NCBI GenBank assembly: GCA_010093605.1
Contig: MU004198.1
Location: 2,726-66,725, forward strand
Direction of reading: 5' to 3'
DNA: 64,000 nucleotides
From: Lophium mytilinum
Lineage: Eukaryota
Positions 26,056-38,090 of the stretch are shown here, piece by piece (position 1 is the stretch's first letter; every line of letters starts with the position of its first letter). Position numbers and translations under genes: made by a program. The notes below the pieces were generated by a model. The model searched no databases. It worked only from the letters and a program-made list of their open reading frames with translations, and was not told where the DNA came from.

Positions 26056-27118
26056 CTTAAACGGCTTTGAAGAAGAGAAAAACAATTGTAAGAGTTTGGG
26101 TTGAGATGTGAGGATGTCCCACGGGATGAATGAAAGAATGAAGGATAAGAGAACTGGTTGGGAGTCTCGCCCTATATAACCAGGTCGCACGTAGGTCCGC
26201 ACTACTCCGCTTTTGATCAAGAAAAAGCCGTATGTGGAGATAGGAGGCTCGGTCTCACGATAATAGAATCGATAGTTGTACTAGATAGTACCTAGATACG
26301 GCACTAGAGTTGAATGAGCACGTCCAATAGCATCTGCGGTAATATGAACGAATATCCACCCTACATGGTCGTCAAGCATCCAAGAAACAGCAAAATCTCG
26401 CCCGATGGTGTCGAAGAGGGAGGAGACTGTGAGTATTCATGGCAAGCACCAGTCCGGATCGATAGTGCTCGTAAGTACTCCGTTGACGCACTTCTTAAAA
26501 TATCTGATAGCGCGACGAGTGGACATGCGTTCGGCGTGGGGATCGCCAATATGGATCCACGTACCAGAGACACATTTGCCGTTCCTGAGTTTCAGTGACA
26601 AAGGCTGTTCGAGGTGGTGGAGGTCGTGTCTTATGTACCTGGGAACAAGGTTATTTACAACCATAGATGCTAAACTTAGACCCACGGAACCACACCCAGA
26701 AGGCCCATATTAGAACCGGCGCCCTATCGTAGGCTGAATATTACGACAGGGCGGATATTGTGACAAACGAGAGTGCTGCTGAAAGGTCTGGATGAAAATG
26801 AGCGCGCCGACGTCGAACATCCTCCGCCGGTGAGATCATCCTTAAAGATAATATCCTTACCCTTTCTAATATCTTTGGGCGAGCAACGAAGTCGTGCCTC
26901 CGGAGTAACATCTGAGTCTACCGTAAGTAAGCTTTACTAGAACGACGTGTAATTATGCTTGAATATTAGCCTAATAGACTAGCCTTTATTTGTTTCTAGC
27001 CAATTAGACGTGACCGTGTGACGCGGTCGCACCGAATTAATGAACAAATCCAGGGATATACAACACCCCATAAGCGCCAACGCTGCAAAACACACAACTC
27101 CATGGACTAAAAGACCCT

Positions 27119-28479
27119 TCAACCACTCCCATTCACACCCTCTGCGGCCTTCTTAGCTGCCACCTTCTTCCTCTGCTCCTCGCGCTCTTCAACGTTGATG
27201 TTGATATTGAAATGCGCGTTCCGAATCTGCTCATAGAACCTGCCTGCCGTAACTCCTCTGATTGGCTTCTCAAACTTGCCGGTAATTTGGGTCGTTAGTG
27301 TGTCGGTATCCACAATGACTGGTTCGTGAGCACGGAGAACAAACACGATAGAGTACCGATAGTTCGGCTGAGGTTGACGTGACGGTGAAGTGGAAGGTCG
27401 AGCTTCGGTACGACCGTATGCCTTGACTTGGTGTCCACCGGCACGATATCGATAGTTAGAGAGCCGTTCGAGCTGCCGTCCAACGAGAAGGGACCCGGCG
27501 GGATTCTCATAAGTCTTTTCGATCGGAAAGAAGCATTGCGTGGGTATGTCCCAGACTTCTAAGCCCGGCGTGTCACCAATGACGAGGCTAAGAAGACCTA
27601 GGTCGCTGTGTGCTGTTTATTGTTAGACGCGTGCTCCATAGGCTATGCTGCGCCATGCAAATATTGCTAATGGGAATGCTTCCAGTAGCCCCGAGAAGCG
27701 CAAACGCTCAACTCTACGCGTGCTTGTTGCTGTTCTCCCGCCTGACATGCCTGACTCGAGTAGAGATACGGAAGTATCGGTCAATGCCGTACTGCGGAGA
27801 AGAAAGAAAAGAAACATCTAAACTTACGCTCAGCAACCACCTTCATCTCACCCCCCTCGTACCTAAACAGCCTCAACATCGTTGCCGTTTTCTCCCCATC
27901 CTTCTCCTGAAACCTCTTACACGGCCCCACATACCGCCTCAACCCGCCCTCCTCCTCCGCAGCCCCCTGCACCCCCAAACTCTCCCCAATCCTCCCCAAG
28001 CTCTGATCCAGCAAGCCCCCCGCCGCATTCCAATACGCCCGTGCCGCAGCTTTCAGCACCTCCGGCGTCCCCTCCACAGTCCGTAACGTGATGAACTCCT
28101 TCTCCCCCTCGATCCGCGACCAGCCTTCCTCGGAGCCGAGCTTCGTCTTCCAGACCTCCTTCTCGGAGAACGGGAGAGCAAAGAAAGCGCGTGAGGCTTC
28201 GAAGAGGTTTTCAGAAGCGCGTTGGAGGGGATGCGGGGAGGGTAGGGCTGGGGAGGGCGGGGGAAAGGTGATAGTAGTCCAGCCTTGGAAGGGGAGGTTG
28301 GGGGCGTGTTCGGCTCGGACTAATGGCAAAGGACTCGGGAGAAGAGGTGGCCTGGTGTCGAGTTGAAGGTTGCTAGTTGATTTGGACTTTGATGAGGCGC
28401 GTAGGCGGGCTTTGAAGCGGGACCAGAGGGGTGGGGTGTCGTGCGCGGGTGAGGCGGGTGAGCCGGTGGAAACAGCCAT
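27119..28479 (-). CDS. 2OG-Fe(II) oxygenase, IPNS-like
   Basis: FFALPFSEK, MLRLFRY, intron 27613-27827, then PHSDLGLLSLV..PGLEVWD, distal His (GGHQV) and RYS. Confidence 0.9.
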
Positions 28480-28800
28480 CGTGTCTACTTAGTTGGGGCA
28501 GAGGTAGAGTGTTCTATTAGGTTCTAAGGATATGAATGCGACACGAAGGTTGACGGAGGGAATGTTTGAAGATGAATGGGCTGAGATGGGATGACGTTCC
28601 TGAGGTAAGGTCACGTGGCGGGTTTAGTACACAGCCACAGCACAGCCATGCCAAAGACGGACCAGAAAACCGAAGCTTGGAAGGCTGCCTATCGCACGGA
28701 TATCAAAGCGGTGTTTCATAGGTTTTGAGGTTGACGCTGTCTCGAAAGTCTTTGGTATAGATTGGTACGCTGTGTATGCACGTCTATGTAAAGAGCCTAG

Positions 28801-30087
28801 TTAGTTTGCCTTTTGCTTCGCCCACATCTGCTGCTCTCGCGCTCTCAGCCATGCTGGAATCATAGGCTTCACTCTAACGTCTGCATCAGGCGCTACAGGA
28901 TACTGGACGCCAAACTCCATTCCTGGTTTCCAGCTGCCGCCCTCAGCACTAACTCGGATATCCGTCATCATTTCCAGCCTGCACAATGCAAGACCGACAT
29001 TCCCGATATTACCTATCAATTTCCCTGCAGCGCGTCCCTTCTTCATCGTGCCATCGTCGCTTAGCTGCTTTATGTCCTTACTCTGGGAAGCATCACTCGA
29101 AGGATCGTTAGAGTTCCATTGAGGGTCGAAGGCTGGTACCTCCGCACTAGGCAATGCTTCGCTGCCATGATATAGCTGGATAGGAAGTATGCGCTTCCTT
29201 ACAACCCCAGTATGCTTCGTCCGAATAGTCAACTCTTGCCCGACGTAACATCCCTTCCGAAAATCGATCCCGTTCATGAGGTCGATGTTGGACTCCATGG
29301 GAAGGGCAGACGTAGGCGGAATCTCCTTCGGCCCCTCCGGCAACCCATACGTGTATCTCCGCAGATGATACCACTTCAAATCCACCATGTGCTTGTCCAG
29401 AACTTCGCGGAATGGCCCGCCCTTGCTACTTTCGCCAGAGAGCAGTATGCGCTGCCCGAATCCCGGAGCTCGTGGATCTGGTAAACCGCCGGGCATGATG
29501 TTCGCATCACCATCTTGCCATGATGCCCACACACCACCCGATCCTTCCTCGACCAACTGCAAGTGGATCTTTGACCGTAATTTATGCCTCTTCAAGTGCC
29601 TCAGCAGGCTATCCGCCTCTGTGGAATCCACCTCGATAAAACAGGTCCATTCGGCGGAGTCGGGACTCGGATCTGGGTAGATGAAAGCGTCCCATAGCAT
29701 CCGCCCTCTCGCATCCATAAAGGCCGAGTAGAAGGGTGTTGTTGTAGTGGGGCCAAGGTTGTTCGAGATGAGACCTTGAAGAAATTTGGGCGCATCTTTG
29801 CCCGACAAGCGAATCAAGCGGCGATGGGAGAGTCTTGTAATACCGACGGCCGGGGGGCCGCCTTCAGTGGTTGCGTTCGCGCTGGCATAGCTGCGACTAG
29901 AGAAGTAAGGCCTATAGGAACTTGTTTTATGGCGTGAAGATCGAGGCGGAGATAGGCTGGTAGGACGGGCGGCGGTTGCGAAGGTGGCTCGGGGAAGAAT
30001 GAAGACGCCGGTAGATCTCGACGTAACATCGAGCCTCTGAAGACATCTAGAACAGATTGAGAGGGTTGATTGGGGATATAGGGCCAT
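28801..30087 (-). CDS. IBA57: Mitochondrial Fe-S cluster assembly factor Iba57/Caf17
   Basis: 428-aa ORF with Arg/Ser-rich presequence, GKDAPKFLQGL and the signature DFRKGCYVGQELT. Confidence 0.95.
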   Translation of the reverse strand: MALYPQSTLSICSRCLQRLDVTSRSTGVFILPRATFATAARPTSLSPPRSSRHKTSSYRPYFSSRSYASANATTEGGPPAVGITRLSHRRLIRLSGKDAPKFLQGLISNNLGPTTTTPFYSAFMDARGRMLWDAFIYPDPSPDSAEWTCFIEVDSTEADSLLRHLKRHKLRSKIHLQLVEEGSGGVWASWQDGDANIMPGGLPDPRAPGFGQRILLSGESSKGGPFREVLDKHMVDLKWYHLRRYTYGLPEGPKEIPPTSALPMESNIDLMNGIDFRKGCYVGQELTIRTKHTGVVRKRILPIQLYHGSEALPSAEVPAFDPQWNSNDPSSDASQSKDIKQLSDDGTMKKGRAAGKLIGNIGNVGLALCRLEMMTDIRVSAEGGSWKPGMEFGVQYPVAPDADVRVKPMIPAWLRAREQQMWAKQKAN

Positions 30088-30908
30088 GTTGAGGATTTTT
30101 GAGGAAAACGAGGGATTTCAGTGACGCAAGAAACTCCGGCATTTGCCGCTTATCTAGGCTCGGCGTTTCAAGGGTCTCGACCTCAAGTCTTTCAACACCA
30201 TCTCCAACAGCGCCATCCCACTCCTATTTATGTGTTTACTAACTCAAATGAAACTTCGATGAGTACTCTGCAGGACCCATAATCCGACCGCCTTGCATTA
30301 GTCATATATTTTGAAGCTACTCTAAACAATCAGTTGTCCGCGCAGGTACTGGTTACGGGTAACGAGTGCCTTATACTTAAGTAGTCGGGTACATTGGCTT
30401 CGTATCCCTTGGCCCGTCGTGGCGCAACGCTCGGACTTTCCGTTGAACACTGTGTTAAGGGACAGTCTGGCACCGTTTGAGGTGGCCCGCAAGGCTCTTA
30501 GTCTTGTCAAAACTGTCCTTTCTGATCTCTTATGATGTGCTACAAGACCCCAGGCGCTGCTAGGCTAGTGTACGAAGAGCCTAGAGGGCATGTGTTGCTC
30601 AAGCATTTTGCTGCAGCTCTCATCACTTGAAGCTTCCGATCGTTTGTATTCTTATCGATATGGTAGCCAAATTCGACGGGCCAAGGGATACTTCAGCGTC
30701 CCCATCGCTTTCCTTGATTCATCATGATCACTCATGCCATCATATTCAATTCTTAAAAAGAAAGGTTGCTTTATTGAAAAACAGACTCAAGCTACATATA
30801 CGCAGCGAGTAAGAGTAAGAAGCCGAATTTGAGAACGGAATACTACGATGCTCAGAACAGTCAGGATCCCGAATACTCATGACAGCAACGAGCGGTTTTC
30901 CAATTTGC

Positions 30909-33429
30909 CTATTCGAAACTGGAGAGCAGATCGACTACCGATTCGTCCGAGGCTTCACCCGAGTTTCCAGACCTCCTGAACGCTCTTATAGCTGCGCGGA
31001 ACAAACGACTTGGGTATAGTGAGCTCCCAAGCCGCCCAGATCCCTGTGTATGAAATGGCGGCAGAGAAACGTACTGTAATCGGCCTACACTCGGCAGCGG
31101 GAAACGCCCCCCTAGGTGATGTTGTGGTGCCGGAGGCAGTGCTGTGCTAGTCGAGGATGTTTGAGTCGGTGGGGCATGAGCCTGTTCTGGATTGTACTCG
31201 ACCGGTTCGGAGTACTCCGTAGGATCGAGTCCTAGTAAAATAGCACCCGAGCTCACTGCAGCATCCTCAGACGAGCGCGACCGCTCCAACGGACCAGCTG
31301 CCTCAGACGGCTCTCCTTGCTCGGACGGACGGTCCCTCTCCAATGCCACCTCCGAGGGCGAGGGCGAGGGCCGATCTTGTCGATGGATCAACGCCACCCA
31401 GGCGTTTACTCGCACTCTGTCCTCGATCTCATGCAGAATCCACTGCGCCAAGCTTTCCTTGTGCATTGTAAAGACAAGGCCTTCTCTCTGCTTTGGCATA
31501 AAACCAACCCACACAGGCAGCGCCGGACCGTCTGTTACCCGGGGCGTTATCAGGGCCGTCCACTCTAGATTGTGCTTATTTCCTTCAAGCAGCCGCGCGA
31601 TCGCTGCATTGCCTGACCTGTGTATGCACGGAATGTGTTGGTAGCGCCAACGCTGCGGCGGGGAAAACCATAACTCGGTCTTTGTCTGTGGCCACAAGGC
31701 CAGACGGCGCTCCGTCCCGTACGACCGGGATGTGAATGCGATTATGCGCTTGCAGTTCGTCTTTCGCATGGCCCTGAGAATTAGACGGTATACGGCCGCG
31801 GTTGACAGCGGTGGTGCCACGAAGGTCCAAAGATAATCCCAGGCGTTTGCGCGGACAAATGAGACCACGATGTCAGCGCGTCTCTGGCCTTGCGCAGGGA
31901 CCAGTAGTTGTGCAAAAGGCCTTCCCAGACGTGGCAATTGGAGTGATCTCTCTCAAACTCCGCTGGAACGTCCTTTTTGTTTCTTACGTACAGGTCCAGT
32001 CTTGGGGGGTTCGGGTGATGGCGAGTGTCGTTGATCACTTCGCGGATGAAGACGAGACCGCAAGGAGCTGTAGTTGTTAGCAAGATTTGGGGTAAAAACA
32101 AAGCTAGGGTCACGTACTTGCTCCACCAACGACAAGGATATTCGCGTTTTGCCAATCCACTGTTTCATCGGCTTGAGGGGAGTTGTGTGCGGACAGGCCT
32201 GATATTTCGTCTGCTTCCTCCTGGAGATCTGCTAGGCGCTGCTCGTCATCGCTCTCGTTCTCGGATGGGCGAATATGACCGCCGCCGCCACGGAGAGAGG
32301 GTGTACCACTCCATGACACACTGCGACCTCTCGGCTTACGCGTTGGACCGTATGTTACAGTCAAAGCCTCGAGCGACCGCGACAAGAATGCTGGTCTAAG
32401 GTTGACTTCCCCTAGCGATTCCACATCACTATCGTCGGAATCGTTGAGGGAGCTGCAGGCGTCTGAGGTGGCCTGTCGAGTCCAAGGGTACTCCAAATTG
32501 AATTGATGTTGTTGGACTTGGAAGGCCTGAGGCACCTCTAACGGCGTTGTCGTGTTGTCCGTTTTCTTCTTCAGGAGGGATGAGGATGCTATCGCGTCGT
32601 CTATGATGGCTTCGTCTATGGTGACGCCTTGCAGGTTCTCTTCCCTCTCGCCACCTGGAGGTGGGAGGGGGAATGACGAACTTCTCCCTTCCAGGAGCGC
32701 TGAGGGTGACACGATATCATCCATGGTAGCCCTCCGCATGTACGCCTCATCTGTCAGACCCTCCTCATCCGAGAGCGTTGGGGGCGTAGCGACATTCTCC
32801 GATTCTGGGTTGAACCCATGTTCGCTGTCATTCAGGGGCACGCTGTCATCCATGGTGGCCCTTCGTACGTACCTCAGGTCCTCTGGGTCGTTCTCGATTT
32901 CTGGCGGAGGAGATGCCATCCCATTTTCAGCGGCCGAAGTCTGCTCTGGGGAGGCTCTCGCATTGTCCTCGGCGGGATTCTCCTCCGGGGTCTCTGGCAA
33001 TGGCTTCCAAGTAAGGCCACCTGCCTCGGACGTGGGAGTCAGCGTTATCGGAACGTCTCTCTCGGCGAGTTCAATTGCGCCGGATGTCGCCGGCTGCTCA
33101 GATGCTGATAGTGATGGTTCGGGTTGGGGTGTAGGGCATGAGACGACTATCTTCGGGACAGCTCGGACTTTCCCAGGGCGCCCATCGTCCGACTCATCGG
33201 AAGAGCCCCCAAACTTACAGATCCCACAGCAAAAGATGGAGTGGAGAAGGCTCGAAATGCCTTCATCGTGAGGGTTAGCTTCCTTACGAAATGATTCCGG
33301 ACATTAAGACTTCTTACAATTTGCCTTCCCCTTGTTGCCGCCGATAGAGGTATTGATAGAGTCTGCGCGGCCTACTTCCTGCACGGCCTGTGCCGACTGC
33401 TTTGCCTGCTTTGCCCGTGTTGGCTGCAT
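30909..33429 (-). CDS. Disordered acidic protein with embedded NAD(P)-binding Rossmann-like domain; apparent frameshift at ~31880 (possible pseudogene)
   Basis: Exon 1 MQPTRAKQ.. (33429-33318), intron to 33261, long acidic exon with RRATMDD repeats. Then ILVVGGA|TPCGLVFIRE..LYVRN..VWEGLL, and after a frame change ADIVVSF..AMRKTNCKRIIA..LEWT. Confidence 0.6.
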
Positions 33430-34886
33430 GGTCCTTGTTGGTTGCGTAGATTGTGGTGGCTACGTAGACTGCAACACAAAGGGCGGGTAAATGTAGGCTA
33501 GCGAGCGTAGGAATAGGATGTTTCAATGAACGAGCGGAAGGTACATGTGATGATATGATGTTGAACGACGGATGAGATGATAATCGGTTGGACTGACTGA
33601 TGGATTGAAATGTGACGGATTGAAATGTGGTGTATGAAGATAGGAAGGCCATGGTTGAGAAGGGTTGGAAGGGTTGTTTACAGAGGTCTTTCCTCACGAT
33701 TGCATGGTGCGCAATGCAAGAGCATTCCTACAGTGCTTCGATACATGGAAGAGAAGGCAGAGGCGTCCTGTGGAAGAAGGATGCGAAGGGCGTACCTACT
33801 CCCGCGTGAGAGTGGTGAAGAGGCAACTACACCTGTAGTGGCAGGCCACAAGTCTGGGCATACAGGTACGCCACCGCTTGGGGTACCCCGACAGGGGTTC
33901 GAACACTCAAGAACGATGTCAAGCTTCAAGCAGCTCAGGTTGGACTGCCTTTTGACTAATTGCCTGCTCAGCAGTCAGGCTAACCCCAGCAGTGGTGTTG
34001 GGTGGACAGGTTGGAGCCGAGTCAATTCGTCTGTCTGAGGTAGTAGACCGAGAAAGTCGGGCGACAGGCTGTCGTTTGGACGTCCAGTACAGTGGCGCGG
34101 AGACTGAATCCGTCGCGGTGCTCTGGAAGCTCCGCAAGCTTTAAAATCGCCTCCATCGAATATTCCCTCTACTCATGTCATTTGTCCATCCATCTTTCCG
34201 CAGATACGCTTTTACAGTTTTTGAATTCATTGTCGTAGGTAAGTCATGCATCCCTATCCTCTTAATGTCATTAACTTCTAACATATCACTGCTAAGGCCG
34301 TTGAGCAAGCCTAAGTGTACTCTCTAATCGTTACTATACGCAGAATCTAGTCCCCTTGGATCATCCTGCTACAAGTAAGAACGCCTTGAACTAAGATATT
34401 GTGAGAATGGATCTCACGACTCAAATCTAACTGCCTTACATCAAATCAAAAGCGAGCGTTACTCGATTCTAGGACAATCTATAGAAGTCAGCGATGTTCA
34501 CACGACGCTAAGTTCAACAACGCCCAACGACAACAAAGACGCCGAACCTCTTGACCAAAGAACCAATACAAAGAAGCCGTCTAAGCCGAATGATTATTCC
34601 TTTAAGATTAAACTCAAGAACAAAGAACCCCACTCCGCCTACTCAATGCCATTCTCAAGCATCACAATCACCGCTCTACAGCCATCGAAGCCACATCCCA
34701 AGACTAACATTCCCAGCGCTCCTATAAAGTCTCGTCCACGGCCACCGTTCCATTCGCCATCAGCTTCTATCCCAAATCCCATATCCCACCAACTCCCCTC
34801 CCATCCCTCACACCTTCCAACCTCCCCAACTCCCCTCCATCACAACCCCAAACCCATCTTCTTCCACACACCAGCCAAACCCAATC

Positions 34887-35438
34887 ATGCTCTCTGCCCA
34901 CCTCACCCTCCCCACCCTCCTCTCCCTCCTCTCCCACCTTCCCCCCACCCTCTCCCTCCCCAAATCCGCCTCCCTCACCCCCCTTTCCCCCAACACCCTC
35001 ACCCTCCACAACGCCTGCCCCTACCCCCTCCTCCTCTCCTCAATCTCCCAAACCCTCTCCCTTACCCCCCTCACCATCCCCTCTGGCCGCACCCACACCG
35101 AGCCCCTCCGCACCTCCTGCGCCGGCTGCGGCGTATCTCTAAAACTCGCGCACCCCGCCGCCCCCGCCGCCGTCACGCAATTCGAGTACTCGATCACCGG
35201 CGGGCGGGTGTGGTACGACATCTCGTTGATAGACTGCGTGAAGGGGGGCGATGCGAGCCAGTGTCCGGGACATGAGGCGGGGTTGAAGATCCATGGGGAT
35301 GGAGGCGATGTGATGAGGTGCGCGCCGGGGAGTTATTGCGCGGCGGAGGCGTATTATGTGCCGGTGCCGGGCGCGGTGCAGCCGGTGGGGAGTGCGGTGG
35401 CTGGTGGGGATTTGAGGGTGGAGATTTGTTCAGGGTGA
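34887..35438 (+). CDS. Secreted BYS1/thaumatin-like Cys-rich protein
   Basis: Hydrophobic N-terminus, NACPYP, GVSLKL, VTQFEYS, VWYDISLIDC, AYYVP. Confidence 0.85.
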   Translation: MLSAHLTLPTLLSLLSHLPPTLSLPKSASLTPLSPNTLTLHNACPYPLLLSSISQTLSLTPLTIPSGRTHTEPLRTSCAGCGVSLKLAHPAAPAAVTQFEYSITGGRVWYDISLIDCVKGGDASQCPGHEAGLKIHGDGGDVMRCAPGSYCAAEAYYVPVPGAVQPVGSAVAGGDLRVEICSG

Positions 35439-35810
35439 TGTTGACTACGAGATTTGGCAGTGTATTCTTCTCTTCCTTAGTTGTTATGGGCATTCTTAAT
35501 TGAGAGGGGCTTTCTCGGGCTGGAGAGGAGGGGGAGGGTACAAAGGAGCAACAATGTGATTAAGAGACTGTCTTGCCATAGCATGGTGATTCGGTTGGCA
35601 AACTGTGTTCGAGCGGAATCATAGCAAAAAGGATACGCACTGCAGCAGTTAGCCCAGTATTTGAGTGTTCTCGATATCATGAACTTACGCGGTTGTTCAG
35701 TGAGAAAGCAGCCAACTCCACAAGGCGGCGGTCCACAATAAACACGTCTAATCGTAGCTTGGTAAAGGCTGCAGGAATCTTATAAATGCTCCAAAGCATA
35801 TGTGAGATTC

Positions 35811-38090
35811 CTAGATAATAACAAACCATTTTCCTGGAAGCTTCGCTGCTGCTTGAACCGCACAATCCTCGCAGCAGCCAGGCCCACGCAACATCGTATT
35901 CCGTGACGTTTTTGCCTCGACAGCAACGCTCACAGCCAGCCATCTCGATCTTGGGTTGTTCTTCACCAGCACGACCACAATTCTTTCAGGGATGTTACTG
36001 TTGTTTCTCTTACTTTGCTCAAGAAAATGCCAGGACCAATTTCCAGCCGCGGTAGCAACGTCCACACTAAGTCTTGCGGCAATCGGTCTCTCACCGTGGG
36101 AAAGACTACCATGCTCACACGTAGGTGCACGATAAGTGTGCCATAGATTGTCGTGTAGCCCCCGATACGACTTTTGAACGTCAAATGTTCGTTTGTTGTC
36201 GTTGGGCATAGCCGGCTCTAAGTGCTCTCCCATGAATCGAATCATGACATTGAATGCGGCGTTACTGGGTCCGTAGAATTCATGGCGCTCCAGAACCGGA
36301 GAGACGCAGCGGGGTTCGTAATGCAAAACACTGTTCTCAATGACCCATGCTGACTGGACTCGTCCGCCACCTATACCACTGCCGATAAATTCGATGGAAG
36401 AAAGCAGTGCATCTCGGACACGGAATTTCCTCTCCCCAGTTTTCTTATTGGTCGGCACTCCCTCGAGCAAGTAAAGATTCTCAGGGTTGATCTGCGCAGG
36501 GTCGCCGTCATTGCTACCGAATGACGGGAGAAATAGAGTCCAACCGAATTCGCTGACCATGAAAATGTCTGTCGTGTTCTGCTCCAGCGCCATGCTGGGG
36601 TCTGCGGGGTCGGGGCCGAGCAGACGCCAGGATATGTACGAGAAGGAGTCGATAGAAGATAGTGCAATACTATCCTTGCACCCTACTATTCGGTCGTATA
36701 TCTGGCTGTTCCCCATGAAGTCGGTTTCGCAAATGAGAGGGAGATTCTCACATGATTTGATCTTTGAAATGGTGGACATAAAGAAGATATCTACCGCTGC
36801 CCGCCAGATGGGAATTGGTCCTCTCTCGTGGATGTAAGATTGCAGTGAAGAGGGTAGGCGCTCCCTTGGAGTCTTTTTGAGTGGTTCAGTCATACAGATC
36901 GTGTCGGCATACTTCCTGATCAGATCTTCATTGAATTCTCTTTCCCCAAATAGCACGTACGCTGCATTCCAGATTTGCCACTTCTTAATTAAACACGGAG
37001 TATCTTGTAGTCCACTTCGTGTAGCCCTCCTTGCCAATGTGAACGCTGCAGCTATGGAGAATTCCATGGCATCTTTGAAATCCTGGCTCTCTGCCCAAGA
37101 ATATGGCTCATCGAATGCTCTGCAAAGATTCGTTGTACAGTAATCACGAAGTGGGTGACGCTCCTGGGCCTCGACTGGAACGAAATCTGCTTGTTCTGGG
37201 TCGATGCCAATATAGACTTTGTTCTCTCTGTCTAAAAGACAAACGGCCGGGCCCATATGTGTTTTCCTTGTGCCGTCAATAACGATGTTGGGCGCAGTCG
37301 AAGTCCCCGAGGAAAACAATATATTTTGCGACGTTTCATGCCCTTGAACGAGGACTCGGAGTCCTAGTACGTAATGAGCCCATGCGATCAGAGTCACGCA
37401 GCCGCCATATTCGCTAACTCTTAGCGTGTATTCCTCTGGCCATCTCTGTATTATTGGCAGTGAGTCCAGGCATGCGACGAGGAGATTCGTGGGTAGAGCT
37501 GTGTCCGCATTCAAAGATATTTTGTTTAACAATGGACGTAAACGCTCTTCAACCGCAAGCAAGGTTTGACTCCAAAGGAAAGGACTTGCTTGGGAACTGA
37601 TTGCTTCCAGTGTCCCGACCAGACCGCTAAATCCTGGGCTTGGGTTTGCCTCCGGGAAACCAAGCTCAACTCGTTTATTCAAAGCGTAGTGCAAAGAGCC
37701 AGCCAATGAAGACCTTTCTTGAGTCGCCCCGAGTAGTGATAGCTGAACGACAGTGGCGAGGTCGCTTTCAGTGGCTGTAAATGCTCTGTCTAAGGTTGGG
37801 CCGGAGCCGACTTTCAATTCCAGCGTGGGATGCGACAGAGAGTTCGTTGAGGTGTGCTCGACCACCATTGTTCGGAACTTGCTAGAAAGCTTCGAATCAA
37901 CCCATACCCTTCCAAATACTGCGCATAATTCCTCTTCCACCAAAAGATCAGATCCGGATTGCTTCAGCGTACGAGCTATGCTCATTATCTTGGACCAGGT
38001 ATACGTTGTGGCACTTGAGACCATCTGACGAATAGGAAAGATAGCCGCTAGCTCCAGGGATACTTGGAATCCCACTGAACTGGACACCAT
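35811..38090 (-). CDS. Intronless 759-aa hypothetical protein with C-terminal Cys cluster
   Basis: Long uninterrupted ORF with globular composition. CEHG..RWLA..LRGPGCCEDCA near the C-terminus. Confidence 0.85.
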   Translation of the reverse strand: MVSSSVGFQVSLELAAIFPIRQMVSSATTYTWSKIMSIARTLKQSGSDLLVEEELCAVFGRVWVDSKLSSKFRTMVVEHTSTNSLSHPTLELKVGSGPTLDRAFTATESDLATVVQLSLLGATQERSSLAGSLHYALNKRVELGFPEANPSPGFSGLVGTLEAISSQASPFLWSQTLLAVEERLRPLLNKISLNADTALPTNLLVACLDSLPIIQRWPEEYTLRVSEYGGCVTLIAWAHYVLGLRVLVQGHETSQNILFSSGTSTAPNIVIDGTRKTHMGPAVCLLDRENKVYIGIDPEQADFVPVEAQERHPLRDYCTTNLCRAFDEPYSWAESQDFKDAMEFSIAAAFTLARRATRSGLQDTPCLIKKWQIWNAAYVLFGEREFNEDLIRKYADTICMTEPLKKTPRERLPSSLQSYIHERGPIPIWRAAVDIFFMSTISKIKSCENLPLICETDFMGNSQIYDRIVGCKDSIALSSIDSFSYISWRLLGPDPADPSMALEQNTTDIFMVSEFGWTLFLPSFGSNDGDPAQINPENLYLLEGVPTNKKTGERKFRVRDALLSSIEFIGSGIGGGRVQSAWVIENSVLHYEPRCVSPVLERHEFYGPSNAAFNVMIRFMGEHLEPAMPNDNKRTFDVQKSYRGLHDNLWHTYRAPTCEHGSLSHGERPIAARLSVDVATAAGNWSWHFLEQSKRNNSNIPERIVVVLVKNNPRSRWLAVSVAVEAKTSRNTMLRGPGCCEDCAVQAAAKLPGKWFVII

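Noticed and set aside
33880..33920. GGTTCGAA, resembling a tRNA T-loop
   Set aside because: No proper T stem, acceptor stem or cloverleaf.
34646..35275. 209-aa Pro/His-rich ORF and C-rich tract
   Set aside because: Alternate frame of the C-rich 5' end of the BYS1-like gene.
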